Shown: positions 10,431-21,576 of the stretch, one piece after another
Numbering within the stretch: the first letter of the stretch is position 1
Layout: each line of letters opens with the position of its first letter
Origin: Patescibacteria group bacterium
GTDB lineage: Bacteria; Patescibacteriota; Dojkabacteria; JAKAPS01; JAJZLI01
Direction: 5' to 3'
NCBI GenBank assembly: GCA_023380695.1
Contig: JAMCRT010000030.1
Coordinates: 3,978 to 67,977, forward strand
Length of the DNA: 64,000 nt
The notes under the pieces: model-generated
The model's database searches: none
Seen by the model: the letters and a program-made list of their open reading frames with translations, nothing else
Told to the model about the DNA's origin: nothing
Translations under genes and position numbers: made by a program

Positions 10431-11861
10431 TTAAAACATCAGAAGAAATAAGATATATGGAATAGTTAATATTTCATCTTTATAATCTAGAGCAAATTTT
10501 GTATCAATAATAATTCTCTTATCTATTTTAAGTTTCGAAGATAAACTACCAAAATTTCTTGAAAATCCTATATTACAAGAAGTAAGTCCATTTATTCCAT
10601 TTATAATAAAATCTATTTTTTTCTCTCTATCTCTGTAATATTCAATTGATGATCTATCAAATTTTTGAAGCAATGAAATAAGAACTATATTAGATATATA
10701 TTTTGAAAATAATACTGTGTCTGATAAAATTTCTTCTTCTCTAATTTTAAAAATACTATTTCTTATACCTATATCAATAAGAAAAATTTTAATGTTTGAA
10801 CTTTTATTGATATTCTCTCTGAATTTATTTATAGGAACAATAAGATTTGAATTGGTTAAAAGTTTTATATATCTTTCAAGAGTTTCTCTGTGCAAAGACA
10901 TCTCTTTTTTCAAAGAATTCAGGGAAATTTCATCTCCAAAATTTGAAGAAAGCTGAAAAAATAAATTTGAAAGCTGTGATGTATTTTTAATATCTTCTAA
11001 AATATATATATCTTGAAGTAGTACTTTTTCTATTTGGGTCTGATATAAATATTCATATTGTAATCCTCTCCCATGTATCTCCCAACCCTCTATAAATCCA
11101 CCTATCGTAAGATACTTATAAAATAGAGAAAACAATTCATCTTCAAATAAAGTCATATCTACCATAATATCTCTAAATTTTGAAAATACTTCTAGAAAAT
11201 TCATATTTTCAAAAGAAAAGTAAACTTCATGTATTGAAGATAATATTTTTAATATATTTTCTCTAAATGATGTACCTAAAAGATCATTTGAAAAAACATT
11301 AAACTCTACGAATTCATAAAATGAAAAAGGATATATTTTAAAATCTTTTATCCTCCCTGCTAAAGATTCCCTGCTTTTTGAAAGAATTGATGAAGATACA
11401 GAGCCTGATATTACAAACCTTATATTCATTCCCTTATCATAATATTTTTTCAAAAAAAGCTCCCATCCAGGAAATTTATGAATTTCATCTATAAAAAAGT
11501 ATATTTTTTCAGAACCAATCTTTTTCTTTAATATATACTTACTATATAAAGCAATAATATCATCAAAAACAGTATTTGGATCTCTAGATAATATATATGG
11601 ATCATCCATAGAAATATATAATATATTAGACGGAGAAATATCTGATTGTTTTGAAAGATCAAAAATAAGCTGTTTTAATATGGTAGTTTTACCTACTCTA
11701 CGAGGCCCAGTGATTGAAATTATCTGTTTTATACTATCTAAATTCTCTAAAATCGTAGAATACACATTTCTTCTAAAAACAGGAATGTCTAATAAATAAT
11801 CAATATTTTTAATATGTGGATTATAAAATTCTATTGTTTTAAGTAAGGTATAATCATCCAT
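10431..11861 (-). CDS. AAA+ ATPase, AAA_14/DUF4143 family
   Basis: GPRRVGKTT, FFIDEIH, ISGS, ESLAGR, PFSFYEF, DIGIRN. Confidence 0.85.
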   Translation of the reverse strand: MDDYTLLKTIEFYNPHIKNIDYLLDIPVFRRNVYSTILENLDSIKQIISITGPRRVGKTTILKQLIFDLSKQSDISPSNILYISMDDPYILSRDPNTVFDDIIALYSKYILKKKIGSEKIYFFIDEIHKFPGWELFLKKYYDKGMNIRFVISGSVSSSILSKSRESLAGRIKDFKIYPFSFYEFVEFNVFSNDLLGTSFRENILKILSSIHEVYFSFENMNFLEVFSKFRDIMVDMTLFEDELFSLFYKYLTIGGFIEGWEIHGRGLQYEYLYQTQIEKVLLQDIYILEDIKNTSQLSNLFFQLSSNFGDEISLNSLKKEMSLHRETLERYIKLLTNSNLIVPINKFRENINKSSNIKIFLIDIGIRNSIFKIREEEILSDTVLFSKYISNIVLISLLQKFDRSSIEYYRDREKKIDFIINGINGLTSCNIGFSRNFGSLSSKLKIDKRIIIDTKFALDYKDEILTIPYILFLLMF

Positions 11862-12036
11862 TGAAATTAATATACACTAAACCATAAAAAATTGCAAACA
11901 ATATTTTCTGTAAGAATATAAAAGATTGTAGAATATATAAACATATAATAAGTTCTAGAAATTAGAGAAATATTGTTAGTAAAATAATAAATAGTGCCTT
12001 CCCCTCATAATTTTGCTCCAGTATATTGTTAAAAAC

Positions 12037-12300
12037 TTAATTGAGTTTAAACTTTTCTTTGGTTTTTTCTCTAGTAAAATGCTATTCAATTTCTCTGTCT
12101 ATTTCCCACTTCTTTTTCTCCAAGAACTTCTATAAGTGTTTCCTTGTTGTGGGCATTGAGATTGTTTTCAACTAGCATAATCTTCTTTTTGTACCTAGGT
12201 ATTCTGATAGTCCATTTTTCCACCTTTGGTTCAGTGGTATTGACAATGGCACATACATATAGTGCTATGAAACAATATTAATGATTATTGTATCATAGAC
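12037..12300 (-). mobile_element. Degraded IS630-family transposase remnant
   Basis: Broken frames give KKKIMLVENNLNAHNKETLIEVLGEKE and IE*HFTREKTKEKFKLN*, resembling IS630 'LVxDNLNTH' and C-terminal 'INWxFT' segments. Confidence 0.5.
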
Positions 12301-12524
12301 ATACTATTACGAATCAACATTTAAACGATTTAGTAAAAAATTGGTGGAACAACCCCTTACCAACCATATTTCAAAAACCTAAGTTTGACAGTGAGTCACA
12401 GAAGTTTCGTATAATAATTATAGACTACATTATGCGCTAAAAGGTAAAACTCTCTCAGAGACATAGAATGCTTATAGCTACAGTCTAAATAGTGTCAAAA
12501 TCTCTGACACTTACACATCCATCC

Positions 12525-13751
12525 TCATATTTTAGATATATCTCTTGGAGAGAATTCATTTAAAATCCAATTAAAAACAATTTTGATTTTTGAGCCTTTA
12601 CCAAAGATTTCCGATAGATAAAATAGTTTCCATATGACCCAAGCTATCTTTTTTGTAAAGAATTTATTTCCGATTTGAGCAACTGCATTTCTTTTCCCAA
12701 GAGATAAAAGTAATCCTTTTTGATGCAACTTAAATTCTAAAAGAGGATTCCCTTCAATAGAATTTAGTATATTTATAGCACAAATTTTTGATTGATCTGT
12801 GGCAGTTTGAGCAAGCATAGGTAGATTCATATTCTCAATGTCTGCAACATCTCCTATAGTAAAAATATTCTCTTTATCTTTTAGGTTAAGATATTTTGTT
12901 GTAAGATATCTTCCTGTATCAGATAAGGCATAACTTTTATCCATTTTTATAATATTGGGAGATACTCCTGCAGACCAAATAAGAATATCATAATTTAGAG
13001 ATTTTCCATCTTCTAGATAAACTGTATCTTTATCCACCCTTATAACGTGCGCATTAAATACAATATCTATAGGAATATTTTTACCAAAATTATCTAATAC
13101 ATATTTTTTTATCTTTTCAGGAAATCCTTTAAGAAAATCAGAAGATGAATTTAATATTTTAATATCTATGTTATGAAAATCTCTGTTAAGTTTTGTATAA
13201 AAGGGTAATAGCTCATCTATAAGTTGAGATACTTCTACCCCTACCTCTATTCCAGTGGGTCCCCCACCAACAATTAAAATATTAATATCACAAGCATCTT
13301 TAATCAATTCATCCTTTTCAAATAAATCTATTAAACTATTTTTTAAAAGTATTGAATCATCTAAAGTTTTAAAGGGAATAGAATATTTTTTTGCCCCATC
13401 AATATTCCTATAGTTTATACTAGCACCACTAGCAACTACTAAATAATCAAAATTAACAATTTTCTCTCCAACCTTTAATGTATTAGATTTTGAATCTATA
13501 TAATCTACTCTCCCCAATATAAATCCATCCATACAACATGTAATGTTTTCTCTCACTGGAGTTATAATATCTTCTGGAAAAAGAACTCCAGAGGATACTT
13601 CTGGTAAAAGTGGTGTAAAAAGAAAATAGTTTTTATCAGAAATAACAGTAAATGAAACTAATTTATTTTTATGCGTTAGTTTATGAAGATTTAAATATGT
13701 AAATATACCTCCAAACCCACCACCAACAATTATTACCTTTTTACTAACCAT
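12525..13751 (-). CDS. ndh: Type II NADH:quinone oxidoreductase (NDH-2)
   Basis: IVGGGFGG, FTPLLPEV, YLVVASG, VGGGPTGIE, IGD, LAQTA; start adjusted to MVSKK. Confidence 0.88.
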   Translation of the reverse strand: MVSKKVIIVGGGFGGIFTYLNLHKLTHKNKLVSFTVISDKNYFLFTPLLPEVSSGVLFPEDIITPVRENITCCMDGFILGRVDYIDSKSNTLKVGEKIVNFDYLVVASGASINYRNIDGAKKYSIPFKTLDDSILLKNSLIDLFEKDELIKDACDINILIVGGGPTGIEVGVEVSQLIDELLPFYTKLNRDFHNIDIKILNSSSDFLKGFPEKIKKYVLDNFGKNIPIDIVFNAHVIRVDKDTVYLEDGKSLNYDILIWSAGVSPNIIKMDKSYALSDTGRYLTTKYLNLKDKENIFTIGDVADIENMNLPMLAQTATDQSKICAINILNSIEGNPLLEFKLHQKGLLLSLGKRNAVAQIGNKFFTKKIAWVIWKLFYLSEIFGKGSKIKIVFNWILNEFSPRDISKI

Positions 13752-13859
13752 AAGTTCATTTAAATAAAGATTTATTAATATATTATGAAATGTTTCTTTT
13801 TTTATTGCAAATAACACACCCCCTTGCAATAATCTATAAGATATAGTATACTGTGTATT

Positions 13860-14918
13860 ATGGAACTAGAAACTGAGTCACAATCTAATATTGATAGCAA
13901 ATCTAGAGATAAAGCACTCAATTTATTTTTAGGTGAATTAGATAGAAGACTAATATATAATGCTCTTCATATTAATCATGCAGAAGAAGAGAAATATGCA
14001 GATGGTCAGTGGAGAGAATTCTCTGATGAAAACAGCATTGATACACTTCTTGAAAGTCTTGAAGGAAAGGGTACAAAATGGAGAATATCTGAAGATGATG
14101 AATCTCTATATAAAGGACCAAAAGGTTATGGTACTGGAAATCGCGAATATGGGTATGCATCAATAGGTAGGGAGGCTCTTGAAGAAGATTTTAAAAGAGG
14201 GTTTTCATATCACATATTATATTCAGATAAGCAAGATCCACTATGTTTTGTTAAAGTTAAAGAAAATGAAGCTATCCAAGTTAGAGTAAAAGGTGATGAT
14301 ATTGAGTTAGCAATGGATATTAGTGAAACATTAAAGAGATTCCTTCTTTCTTCTAGGCTTACAATGAATGAAACAGTACAAAGAAATTTAGTACATACCA
14401 TAACTCTTTCTGGAATTGCAAGAAAATTAGAAAATGGAGAATCTTTAACTAGAGATGAATTAGCCTTTATTTATGGAATTGATAAAAAACCAGCAACATT
14501 TGTTGCTATTAAGGAAACTAAGGCATATATAGGTAGAATAAAAAGACAAAGAAAAAGAAAAGGAATGGAAACAGAAGATTTAGCAACTATTTTTTCATGT
14601 GATGAACAGAATGTAGCACTTGGCAGAAATGAATTAGATGAAAATACAAATGTATTAGTTTTAGGTCCATATCATCAAATTGCAAAAAAAATTAGACTTA
14701 ACCCGAAGTTTTACCCAAATTTAAAAGCAGTTATTGGTAAAATAGAACTAGAAGGAGATAATACAAATAATATCTTATATCTCAATGGGGAATTTCATAG
14801 AAGATATGAGACAAAAAATAACATACCTCATATCAAAGGAATGGAGAAGATACAGTTACCTGAAGGTGAAACTTCAGTAATTTATCATCACGACATTCAC
14901 AATACACTCATTAAATAA
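13860..14918 (+). CDS. Hypothetical protein
   Basis: 352-aa ORF with own TTGCAA-17-TATACT promoter. Confidence 0.7.
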   Translation: MELETESQSNIDSKSRDKALNLFLGELDRRLIYNALHINHAEEEKYADGQWREFSDENSIDTLLESLEGKGTKWRISEDDESLYKGPKGYGTGNREYGYASIGREALEEDFKRGFSYHILYSDKQDPLCFVKVKENEAIQVRVKGDDIELAMDISETLKRFLLSSRLTMNETVQRNLVHTITLSGIARKLENGESLTRDELAFIYGIDKKPATFVAIKETKAYIGRIKRQRKRKGMETEDLATIFSCDEQNVALGRNELDENTNVLVLGPYHQIAKKIRLNPKFYPNLKAVIGKIELEGDNTNNILYLNGEFHRRYETKNNIPHIKGMEKIQLPEGETSVIYHHDIHNTLIK

Positions 14919-14986
14919 TATAGTGTATACCTCGTATATATATTTTCTATTGTTATTTTAAAATGTATATGATATAAAAAAATTTA

Positions 14987-15853
14987 ATGAATAATGATGA
15001 CTCAAATACAACACCTACAACAAATGACAGTAGCCCTATTATAGAAGAAAATACCTCTACTAACCAAAATAATACATTCAATGAAGAAATCCCAAGTTAT
15101 AATGATAATGTCCCTACTACACAAGAGGTACCAAATAATAATACGGAAACTGCACAAAATAATATTCCTCCATATGAGACACCAATAAATTCTCAGCCTG
15201 CTATGACAGAAAACAATGATATATATGCAACACAAAACAACATAAACAATATGGAAAATAATCAATATAATGCTACTAATCCATTTGTTACAAACAATAC
15301 AAATGTAGAAACAGAATCTCCTGAGTTAAAATGGAATTGGGGAGCTTTCATGTTTAACTGGATATACTTTATGTCATTTAAGACTTCTTTAGGCTTTGCT
15401 ATTTTTGCAATCATAATATTTGGTACCGTTATAATTGATCTTATATTAATGCTACTTATGCCTACAGGTCTCAAAGCTGTATCAATTATTGGAGAAATAC
15501 TTGTGTTACTTATGTTTTTAATACCTTTTATAATTTCAATATATTTTGGTATGAAAGGCTCGAAAATAGTATGGGACCACACAGAACACACATCAGTTAA
15601 AGAATTTAATGCATCTCAAAAAATACTCAATAGGTTTGGATTTATAACATTTATAGTTATGTTAATTTTAATAGTGTTATACTTTATTATAATAACAATT
15701 GTCATTCTTGCTGCATCACAATTCCTGCATGCATTTGCTAATAATCATGCACCAAGTACTTCTTATGGATCATTTAACACACAACAAACACCATCATATA
15801 TACCTTCACAAACAAGTCCTTCAAATAGTGGAGGGGCATTTACATATCCATAA
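14987..15853 (+). CDS. Membrane protein with Asn/Thr-rich N-terminus (WNWGAF motif)
   Basis: Low-complexity N-terminus, KWNWGAFMFNWIY, three TM helices. Confidence 0.7.
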   Translation: MNNDDSNTTPTTNDSSPIIEENTSTNQNNTFNEEIPSYNDNVPTTQEVPNNNTETAQNNIPPYETPINSQPAMTENNDIYATQNNINNMENNQYNATNPFVTNNTNVETESPELKWNWGAFMFNWIYFMSFKTSLGFAIFAIIIFGTVIIDLILMLLMPTGLKAVSIIGEILVLLMFLIPFIISIYFGMKGSKIVWDHTEHTSVKEFNASQKILNRFGFITFIVMLILIVLYFIIITIVILAASQFLHAFANNHAPSTSYGSFNTQQTPSYIPSQTSPSNSGGAFTYP

Positions 15854-15891
15854 TGCTTGATTAAACAATCCCTTCTTTGTATAGTTATAAT

Positions 15892-17142
15892 ATGGAAGAA
15901 TATTCATATACAGCTGTTTCAAAAGGATCTAGTGATAAAGGAACAATACAGGCAACTGATAAAGAAGAAGCATTAAAAAAATTGCATGACCTTGGATATA
16001 CAGTAACAGAATTAAAATCATCAGCATCAAAAGATAAAAACAATCTCAATAAAGCTAAAGTAAAAATAGTAGAAAAATTGCTCTTTTTTGATCATCTGGA
16101 AAAAATGATAAATGCAGGACTATCTCTTTCGGACACACTTGATGCCTTAGTAGATGATGCACAGACAAAAAATTTCAAAAAGATAATTATGGATTTGAAA
16201 TTTGAAATAGAGTCTGGAGATAAATTAAGTAGAGGTATGTCTAAATATCCCAAAATTTTTTCTTCAATTGAAACCAAAATGATAGATATAGGAGAAGTTA
16301 GTGGGTCTCTTGCAGAAAATGCAAAACTAATAAAAGATCAAGTTCAAAAAACATATGATTTAAGAAAAAAAGTGAAAAGTGCAATGATGTATCCTATTAT
16401 AATAGCATCAGTAATGCTTATTGTAGGTACAGGTCTAATAATATTTGTATATCCTCAACTTGCTACGATGTTTAAAAATTCAGGAGAAAAACTTCCACTT
16501 CCAACAGTTATAATGATCACAATATCAAATATTGTCACACATTATTGGTTTTTTACCATACTTTTTATAGTTGCCCTAGTTATAGTAATACGAATACTTT
16601 TAAGAAATCCCAAATTCAAGTATATGTGGAATAAAATATCTATACATATACCTATATTTGGAGAATTAATAAAAAAAATAAATGTAACAAATTTTTCAAG
16701 AACACTAGGAAACCTTATTAAAAGTGGGATCAAAATAAATGATGCAGTTAATATTACAAAAGATACTATTCCAAATGAAGCATATAAAAAAGTTATAGCT
16801 GAACTAGAAAATAATGTAGAAAGAGGAGACCCAGTTGAAGAAACATTAAAAAAATATCCTAAGTTATTTCCCCCTATATCAGTTCGTATGATAGCAATAG
16901 GAGATAAAACAGGAAATACTGCAGATATGCTTTTATCAGTTGCAGAATTTTATCAAACTCAAATAGATGATACTCTAGATAACCTTTCAACAATAATAGA
17001 ACCAATAATGCTTTTTGTAATGGGAGGCGGAGTTTTGTTAATTGCACTCTCAGTTATTGCCCCAATTTATCAAATGACAGGAAGTATCAATGCAAATACA
17101 GGATCTTCTTCGTCTAGTAGTTCAAGTACAAATGGACAATAA
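15892..17142 (+). CDS. pilC: Type IV pilus platform protein PilC/GspF
   Basis: GEVSGSL, KVKSAMMYP, LPLPT, GDKTGN, IIEP motifs. Confidence 0.92.
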   Translation: MEEYSYTAVSKGSSDKGTIQATDKEEALKKLHDLGYTVTELKSSASKDKNNLNKAKVKIVEKLLFFDHLEKMINAGLSLSDTLDALVDDAQTKNFKKIIMDLKFEIESGDKLSRGMSKYPKIFSSIETKMIDIGEVSGSLAENAKLIKDQVQKTYDLRKKVKSAMMYPIIIASVMLIVGTGLIIFVYPQLATMFKNSGEKLPLPTVIMITISNIVTHYWFFTILFIVALVIVIRILLRNPKFKYMWNKISIHIPIFGELIKKINVTNFSRTLGNLIKSGIKINDAVNITKDTIPNEAYKKVIAELENNVERGDPVEETLKKYPKLFPPISVRMIAIGDKTGNTADMLLSVAEFYQTQIDDTLDNLSTIIEPIMLFVMGGGVLLIALSVIAPIYQMTGSINANTGSSSSSSSSTNGQ

Positions 17143-17581
17143 TAAAGGATTTACATTAATAGAAATATTAATAGTAATAGTAATTCTTGCAATAATATCA
17201 ACTACTGCAGTACTATCCTATATAACATTCCTTACAGACACAAATCTTCAAAGCTCAATTCAAACAATATCATCAATAGTAAAAACTGCACAAGATAATT
17301 CTATAAATTCATTTGATGGTATGCCAAACTGGGGAATATATTTCACAAAAAATAGTATTACTCTATTTGAAGGAGGATCATATAACAGTGATAATCCAAC
17401 CAATAAGATTTACACCCTACCTTCAGATATTGGAATCTCTAATATTACACCAACAACATCAAATCCAGTTGTATTTGATGGCCCAACAGGGAATCTTTCA
17501 ACGGGAGATATATCATTTGCACTTGGGAATATTATATCGCAAGATAATATGAATATAAATACAAATGGAGCAATATATTAA
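17132..17581 (+). CDS. Minor pilin (FimT/GspH-like)
   Basis: Prepilin motif NKG|FTLIEIL. Confidence 0.82.
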   Translation: MDNNKGFTLIEILIVIVILAIISTTAVLSYITFLTDTNLQSSIQTISSIVKTAQDNSINSFDGMPNWGIYFTKNSITLFEGGSYNSDNPTNKIYTLPSDIGISNITPTTSNPVVFDGPTGNLSTGDISFALGNIISQDNMNINTNGAIY

Positions 17582-18062
17582 AAACAATAAAGGTCAAATA
17601 TTAATAGAGCTGATCATTGCAGTTGCAATAATTTCTATTATTTTATCTTCTACCCTAATTGCTACACACTCAATTCTGCAAAGTTCTACTGTATCAAAAC
17701 AAAAACTTGAAGCAAAATATTTATTACAACAACAAATAGAATCTATGTATGCAATAGTAAACTCCTCTTGGGCTAATCTTTTACCAGGTGAGTATCATGT
17801 ATACTATAACCCTACAAATAATCCGCCAACAGAAACTCAAGGATGGAAGTTAGGAGTAGATACAATGGCATATAATGAATATACAGAATATATAACAATA
17901 TCCAATGTTTACAGAGTTAACTCCAATCAAGTTACATCAAACAGTACTTACCCATATGATCCAAATACAAAAGAAGTAACAGCGACAGTGACATTTAAAT
18001 CTTTCGGAAATAATTATACATACAACGAGAGTATTTATTTTACTAATTGGCAACAATACTAA
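17565..18062 (+). CDS. Minor pilin (PilV-like)
   Basis: NKG|QILIELII prepilin motif; C-terminal TKEVTATV. Confidence 0.78.
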   Translation: MEQYIKNNKGQILIELIIAVAIISIILSSTLIATHSILQSSTVSKQKLEAKYLLQQQIESMYAIVNSSWANLLPGEYHVYYNPTNNPPTETQGWKLGVDTMAYNEYTEYITISNVYRVNSNQVTSNSTYPYDPNTKEVTATVTFKSFGNNYTYNESIYFTNWQQY

Positions 18063-18559
18063 TGATAAATAATAAAGGGCAAACATTAATAGAGCTTATA
18101 ATCTACATATCTATATTATCTGTAGTTTTATTAATTGTTACTCTAATTTTGTTTAACTTAGTACAAACACAAAATATAATTATAACAACAGCAAATGCAA
18201 ATGACACAACCAGATATGTACTGCATGATATAACAGGATATATAGAAGATGGATATATGACAACAGAGCCTAATCCACAAAACGCAACATCTAGTATATT
18301 AACAGTACAAACAGACTCTTCAGGAGATAAAATAAGTTTTTACACAAAAAATGGAATTATCTATTCACAATATAATGATAGCACCCCTATTCAGTTATCC
18401 TCATCAAACATATATATTTATAATATGACATTTTATGAAGAGGCAACGTCAGGAACGTCACCAACAATTGAAATAAATCTATCTGAAACAAATACTCTAT
18501 CAACAGGAGTTAAAACAACTAAAACTTATGAAACTACTGCAACGCAAAGGAGACAATAA
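18062..18559 (+). CDS. Minor pilin (PilW/GspJ-like)
   Basis: NKG|QTLIELIIY prepilin motif. Confidence 0.78.
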   Translation: MINNKGQTLIELIIYISILSVVLLIVTLILFNLVQTQNIIITTANANDTTRYVLHDITGYIEDGYMTTEPNPQNATSSILTVQTDSSGDKISFYTKNGIIYSQYNDSTPIQLSSSNIYIYNMTFYEEATSGTSPTIEINLSETNTLSTGVKTTKTYETTATQRRQ

Positions 18560-19931
18560 AGGGCAAACAGCATTAATTAGTGTACTGCTGATTAGTGCAA
18601 TATTAATAGTGGTCGTAGCAACCATAGGGTCTGTCGCTGTTAATGAATATAAGTTGTCTTCAAATGATATTTTAGCATCTCAAGTAAGATATCTTGCAGA
18701 ATCTGGAGTACAAAATGCTCTGCTTCAAATTGGAGAGAGTACTAGTTATACAGGAGGGACATTTTTATCAGATATAAACAATACTTTTAGCTCAAAAGAT
18801 ACAGTAACTGTTACTTATAATAATTCTCTAACCCCACCGCAGGCTACAATAGTATCAAGTGCTGATGCATATTATCCTAACACTTCTAATATTATTATTG
18901 AAAAAAATATACAAGTAGTAATTGCTCTTGCTCAAAATCCAGCAATTTACAACTTTGATACATTTGCAAATAACAATATCAACGCAGAATATTTTACACA
19001 GACAGGAGATATGCAGGCTAATAATCTATTATATCTTCAAAATGGATCTGTAACCGCAACAAATATCAATGCTGTTGGGAATGGAGGGGGAGATCTTAAT
19101 TACTTAGATCACATGACTATACAAAATAGTGGAGGAGTAATGAATTTAAATAGTAATTTCATATCTTGCCTTATCACAAATTCTACAATCAGCGGAACAC
19201 TCGGCTATGGGGAGAGTTTTTTTGGATTTCCTCTCTGTTTCCTCATAAATTCTACAACAGGTTCAGAAGAACAAATAACTCCAGCACCCCTTATAGCACT
19301 ACCAACTTTCAATTGGAGTCAATGGATAACATATGCACAAAATAATGGTACCTATTTCTCCAATGGGCAATCCTTCACCACTTATCTTCAAAATTATTCA
19401 ACAATATCAGGAGGAATTGATACAATATCACCTCCAAAAGGAGCCTACTATATTAATGCCAATGCCAATTCAGTAAAACTCTCATCTACTGATTCTGCAG
19501 GAAATCCGATAATTTATAACTTTACTGGTTCAAGCATAATAGTCAAAGGAGGTTTGAGTACTAGTGCTCCAATAACACAAACTAGTACATATCAAGACCC
19601 TGCTGACGGGAAATATCTTCCTGCAATAGTAACTGGAAAGCAGGGAATAAGTTTGAGGTTTTCAGAATCCTCAAGCCCTGCATCAGCTACAAATATTACT
19701 GGAGTTATTTATTCAGAAGGAAATATTAACCTTGTAGGATATGATGCAAATCAAATATCTATTACACTAACAGGAGCAATATGGTCAGGAAAATCAATAA
19801 ATATTAATAATGAAGATACACTCTATACAAATGTATCAACATCAATAAATTCAAGTGTAATAGATAATACGGAAGGATTTAACTTATCTCTAACTAAAAC
19901 TCAAATTTTATCCTGGAATGAAATTGACTAA
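18528..19931 (+). CDS. PilX/GspK-like pilin with large C-terminal domain
   Basis: KG|QTALISVLL (no Glu5), YLAESGVQNAL, C-terminal ILSWNE. Confidence 0.78.
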   Translation: MKLLQRKGDNKGQTALISVLLISAILIVVVATIGSVAVNEYKLSSNDILASQVRYLAESGVQNALLQIGESTSYTGGTFLSDINNTFSSKDTVTVTYNNSLTPPQATIVSSADAYYPNTSNIIIEKNIQVVIALAQNPAIYNFDTFANNNINAEYFTQTGDMQANNLLYLQNGSVTATNINAVGNGGGDLNYLDHMTIQNSGGVMNLNSNFISCLITNSTISGTLGYGESFFGFPLCFLINSTTGSEEQITPAPLIALPTFNWSQWITYAQNNGTYFSNGQSFTTYLQNYSTISGGIDTISPPKGAYYINANANSVKLSSTDSAGNPIIYNFTGSSIIVKGGLSTSAPITQTSTYQDPADGKYLPAIVTGKQGISLRFSESSSPASATNITGVIYSEGNINLVGYDANQISITLTGAIWSGKSININNEDTLYTNVSTSINSSVIDNTEGFNLSLTKTQILSWNEID

Positions 19932-19974
19932 TATGTATTTTGTATTCTATCAAAAAAGTTTGTAATATAAAGAT

Positions 19975-21576
19975 ATGGAAAAACTCCTTAATAATATTGT
20001 ACGAAAAGAGAAGTTTATAGGTATAGATATTTCTGCAACTTCTGTAAAAATACTGCAATTTGAAAAAAATAAGAAAAATTATAAACTAATATCTTTAGGA
20101 GAGAAAGAAATACCAATTACGGCTTTTGTTGCAGGAGTTATAAGGCAAAAAGAAATAGTATCTCAAGGCATATTAGATCTTTTAAAGGTAGCGAATCCTT
20201 CAAAAATAAAAACTAAATTTGCTGTAGTATCTCTACCTGATGATCAAATATTTACACAACTAGTTAATATACCAAAGGTAGAATATTCTAAAATAAGAGA
20301 AACTTTATCTTATCAATTACCTTCTTTTATTCCAATGAAAGAAGATGAAATCTATTGGAGCTATGATATTTTAAATGAAACTAGCGATGAATATGAAATT
20401 ATTATTACTGCAGTAACAAAAGAATCTTCAGATTCATTCATAGATACATTATCTCTTGCAAACCTAACACCTCTTCTTTTTGAGCCTCGCTCAAAAAGTG
20501 CTCTACGATCAATCCTTGTAAAAAATGATGTGCAAAATGAATATATGCTTATTGATATTGGAAAAAGTATGACAACAGTTTCTATATCTAAAAAAGACTC
20601 AATACAATATTCTTCTTCTTTCTATTTTGGATTAAACCAAATAAAAAAAATTGTAGGAGAATATAAAAAGATAAATGATGCTGAAGTAGAAGATATCTTA
20701 CAAAAAGAAGGAATACCAAAAAAGGATGCAAAGCTAAAAGAATATCTAGATAAAATGTTTGAAACCCTTACAGGAGAAATCAAAAAAACAATTAACTTTT
20801 ATGGAGAGGATAAAATATCAAAAATATTCCTTTATGGTGACACATTGAATATAGAGGGTATAGAAGAATATATAACTCCTATTACAAAAATACATATAGA
20901 AAAAGCAAAACCTTCTCTACCAATATATCCAGTACTGCAATGGGAAAAACATGAAAAAATATCTCCATATATACCTGTAATTGGAATAGAGTTGATAAAT
21001 AAAGTAAAAAATAACACAACTATAAATTTATTACCTGCAAAAACTCAAAGAATTTCAATATTAAAATTCTTTGTAAAAGAATTTTTACAGCTTTTAAATA
21101 TTATACTGGTTAACTTATTTATACTCTCACTTCTTTTTTTATATTTATCTTTTCAAAATGAAATCACTGCCTCCAATCTAAGAAATGAAGTAACCTCATA
21201 TAATAGACAAATTAATAGCTCTAAATATAAAGGAATAGCAGGAACAATAAATAAACTTAACTCTGATTTAAATACAGTAAATACAACATACAAAAATCAT
21301 CTTGTATGGTCACCATATATTACCACTATAGCAAGTGTTACTCCTGCAGGAATGGCAATTACTAGAATGACAATAAAAAATGTTAATTCTACAACAAGTG
21401 CAACTCCTATATGGCAAGTAAAAATGTCAGGAGTAGCAATGTCGAGAGCTCAAATAATAAGTCTTTCAAAAACAATTGAAAGTTATAAGTATTTTTATAA
21501 TGTAACTATGCCTCTTTCAAACTTTCAAACTAATGCAAATGTACCTTTTATTTTAATGTTTGATATTAAGACATGA
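19975..21576 (+). CDS. pilM: PilM with fused PilN-like C-terminal region
   Basis: IGIDISATSVK, LIDIGKSMTTV, then INLLP, TM helix, coiled coil and PilN-like domain. Confidence 0.8.
   Translation: MEKLLNNIVRKEKFIGIDISATSVKILQFEKNKKNYKLISLGEKEIPITAFVAGVIRQKEIVSQGILDLLKVANPSKIKTKFAVVSLPDDQIFTQLVNIPKVEYSKIRETLSYQLPSFIPMKEDEIYWSYDILNETSDEYEIIITAVTKESSDSFIDTLSLANLTPLLFEPRSKSALRSILVKNDVQNEYMLIDIGKSMTTVSISKKDSIQYSSSFYFGLNQIKKIVGEYKKINDAEVEDILQKEGIPKKDAKLKEYLDKMFETLTGEIKKTINFYGEDKISKIFLYGDTLNIEGIEEYITPITKIHIEKAKPSLPIYPVLQWEKHEKISPYIPVIGIELINKVKNNTTINLLPAKTQRISILKFFVKEFLQLLNIILVNLFILSLLFLYLSFQNEITASNLRNEVTSYNRQINSSKYKGIAGTINKLNSDLNTVNTTYKNHLVWSPYITTIASVTPAGMAITRMTIKNVNSTTSATPIWQVKMSGVAMSRAQIISLSKTIESYKYFYNVTMPLSNFQTNANVPFILMFDIKT

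Noticed and set aside
17977-18642. 12-bp inverted match taacagcgacag/ctgtcgctgtta
   Set aside because: Short enough to be chance, and both proteins read normally.
20476-20498. 10-bp hairpin in pilM (ctttttgagc-ctc-gctcaaaaag)
   Set aside because: Short stem inside normal coding sequence; no evidence of function.
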